Assembly (NCBI GenBank): GCA_963844035.1
Contig: CAWJMT010000001.1
Coordinates: forward strand, 41,344-105,343
Reading direction: 5' to 3'
Source: an uncultured Gemmatimonadales bacterium
Lineage (GTDB): Bacteria > Gemmatimonadota > Gemmatimonadetes > Gemmatimonadales > GWC2-71-9
Length of the DNA: 64,000 nucleotides
Part shown: positions 63,651 through 64,000 of the stretch, in pieces
Layout of the letters: each line of letters begins with the position of its first letter
Numbering within the stretch: position 1 is the stretch's first letter
The notes under the pieces: model-generated
Database searches by the model: none
Told to the model about the DNA's origin: nothing
Seen by the model: only the letters and a program-made list of their open reading frames with translations
Program-made: the position numbers and the translations under genes

Positions 63651-64000
63651 CCTCCCGTTCGGCGCCCTGGGCGGCGGCATCGCGGCCCACCAGGTCGATG
63701 AAGACCTTGTGCAGCGACGGTTCCACGAGCTCAAAGCGCGAGAGCCGCACGCCCGATCGCACCAGCTCTCGCAACAGCTCCTGTGGATCGGCGCCGGACG
63801 CAAGCTCGACTTCAGCGTACTGCCCGTAGTCGTCGACTTTGGACACGAGCCGCCGGTCGGCGAAGATCCGCACGGCGGCTGTATCCGTGCGCCCGTCGAA
63901 GCCGATGGTCAAATGCTGGCCGCCATGCACGCGCTTGATCTCCGCCAGGGGACCGTCCACGAGCTTGCGGCCGTGCGCGACAATGCACAGTTGGTCGCAC
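63634..64000 (-). CDS. ABC transporter ATP-binding protein, C-terminal part (truncated by window)
   Basis: 'CDQLCIV..G..LVDGPLAEIKR', 'RFELVEPSLHKVFIDLV'. Confidence 0.85.
   Translation of the reverse strand, partial: CDQLCIVAHGRKLVDGPLAEIKRVHGGQHLTIGFDGRTDTAAVRIFADRRLVSKVDDYGQYAEVELASGADPQELLRELVRSGVRLSRFELVEPSLHKVFIDLVGRDAAAQGAEREDAARA

Noticed and set aside
1..64000. Frameshifts in about 17 genes (dnaE2, lhr, lon, fadJ, parA, mnmG and others) as pseudogenes or programmed frameshifting
   Set aside because: They are scattered single-base shifts, some locally compensating, in conserved housekeeping genes without accumulated in-frame stops; this fits long-read indel error

Overview
A high-GC bacterial chromosomal segment of about 50 mostly housekeeping genes; gene content and style suggest Gemmatimonadota (inference, not a database result). 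Around 17 genes, including lon, mnmG and parA, carry 1-nt frameshifts, most simply explained by uncorrected long-read indels, so split ORFs are joined here and some boundaries are approximate. Contents in order: an imuB / small WW-motif gene / dnaE2 mutagenesis cassette, Fpg/Nei glycosylase, msrA, fatty-acid desaturase, long Lhr helicase, ispH, HrpB-like helicase, Rdx-family protein, a membrane-GAF-MCP receptor, OmpA, M14 and M28 peptidases, a fused swivel+4Fe-4S aconitase-family enzyme, TrmB and TetR regulators with clear operators, lon with a sigma-54-like promoter, a Ser/Thr kinase, fused E1 alpha/beta, rsgA, proline dehydrogenase, fadIJ, glpD, a LOG / SpeY-like DHS / ATP-grasp / zinc-ribbon metallopeptidase operon, queG, and a mnmG-parS-parA-parB-M23-bactofilin block. 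The most unusual signals are (1) a four-helix-bundle (23S-IVP/bAvd-like) gene enclosed by 38-bp inverted arms with 8-nt periodicity, between an ABC permease and mnmG; (2) periodic 7-8-mer palindromes and arrays inside imuB, the WW-motif gene, dnaE2 and lhr, possibly related to that element; (3) the polyamine-synthase-linked ATP-grasp/peptidase operon. No rRNA, tRNA, CRISPR array or transposase was recognised.
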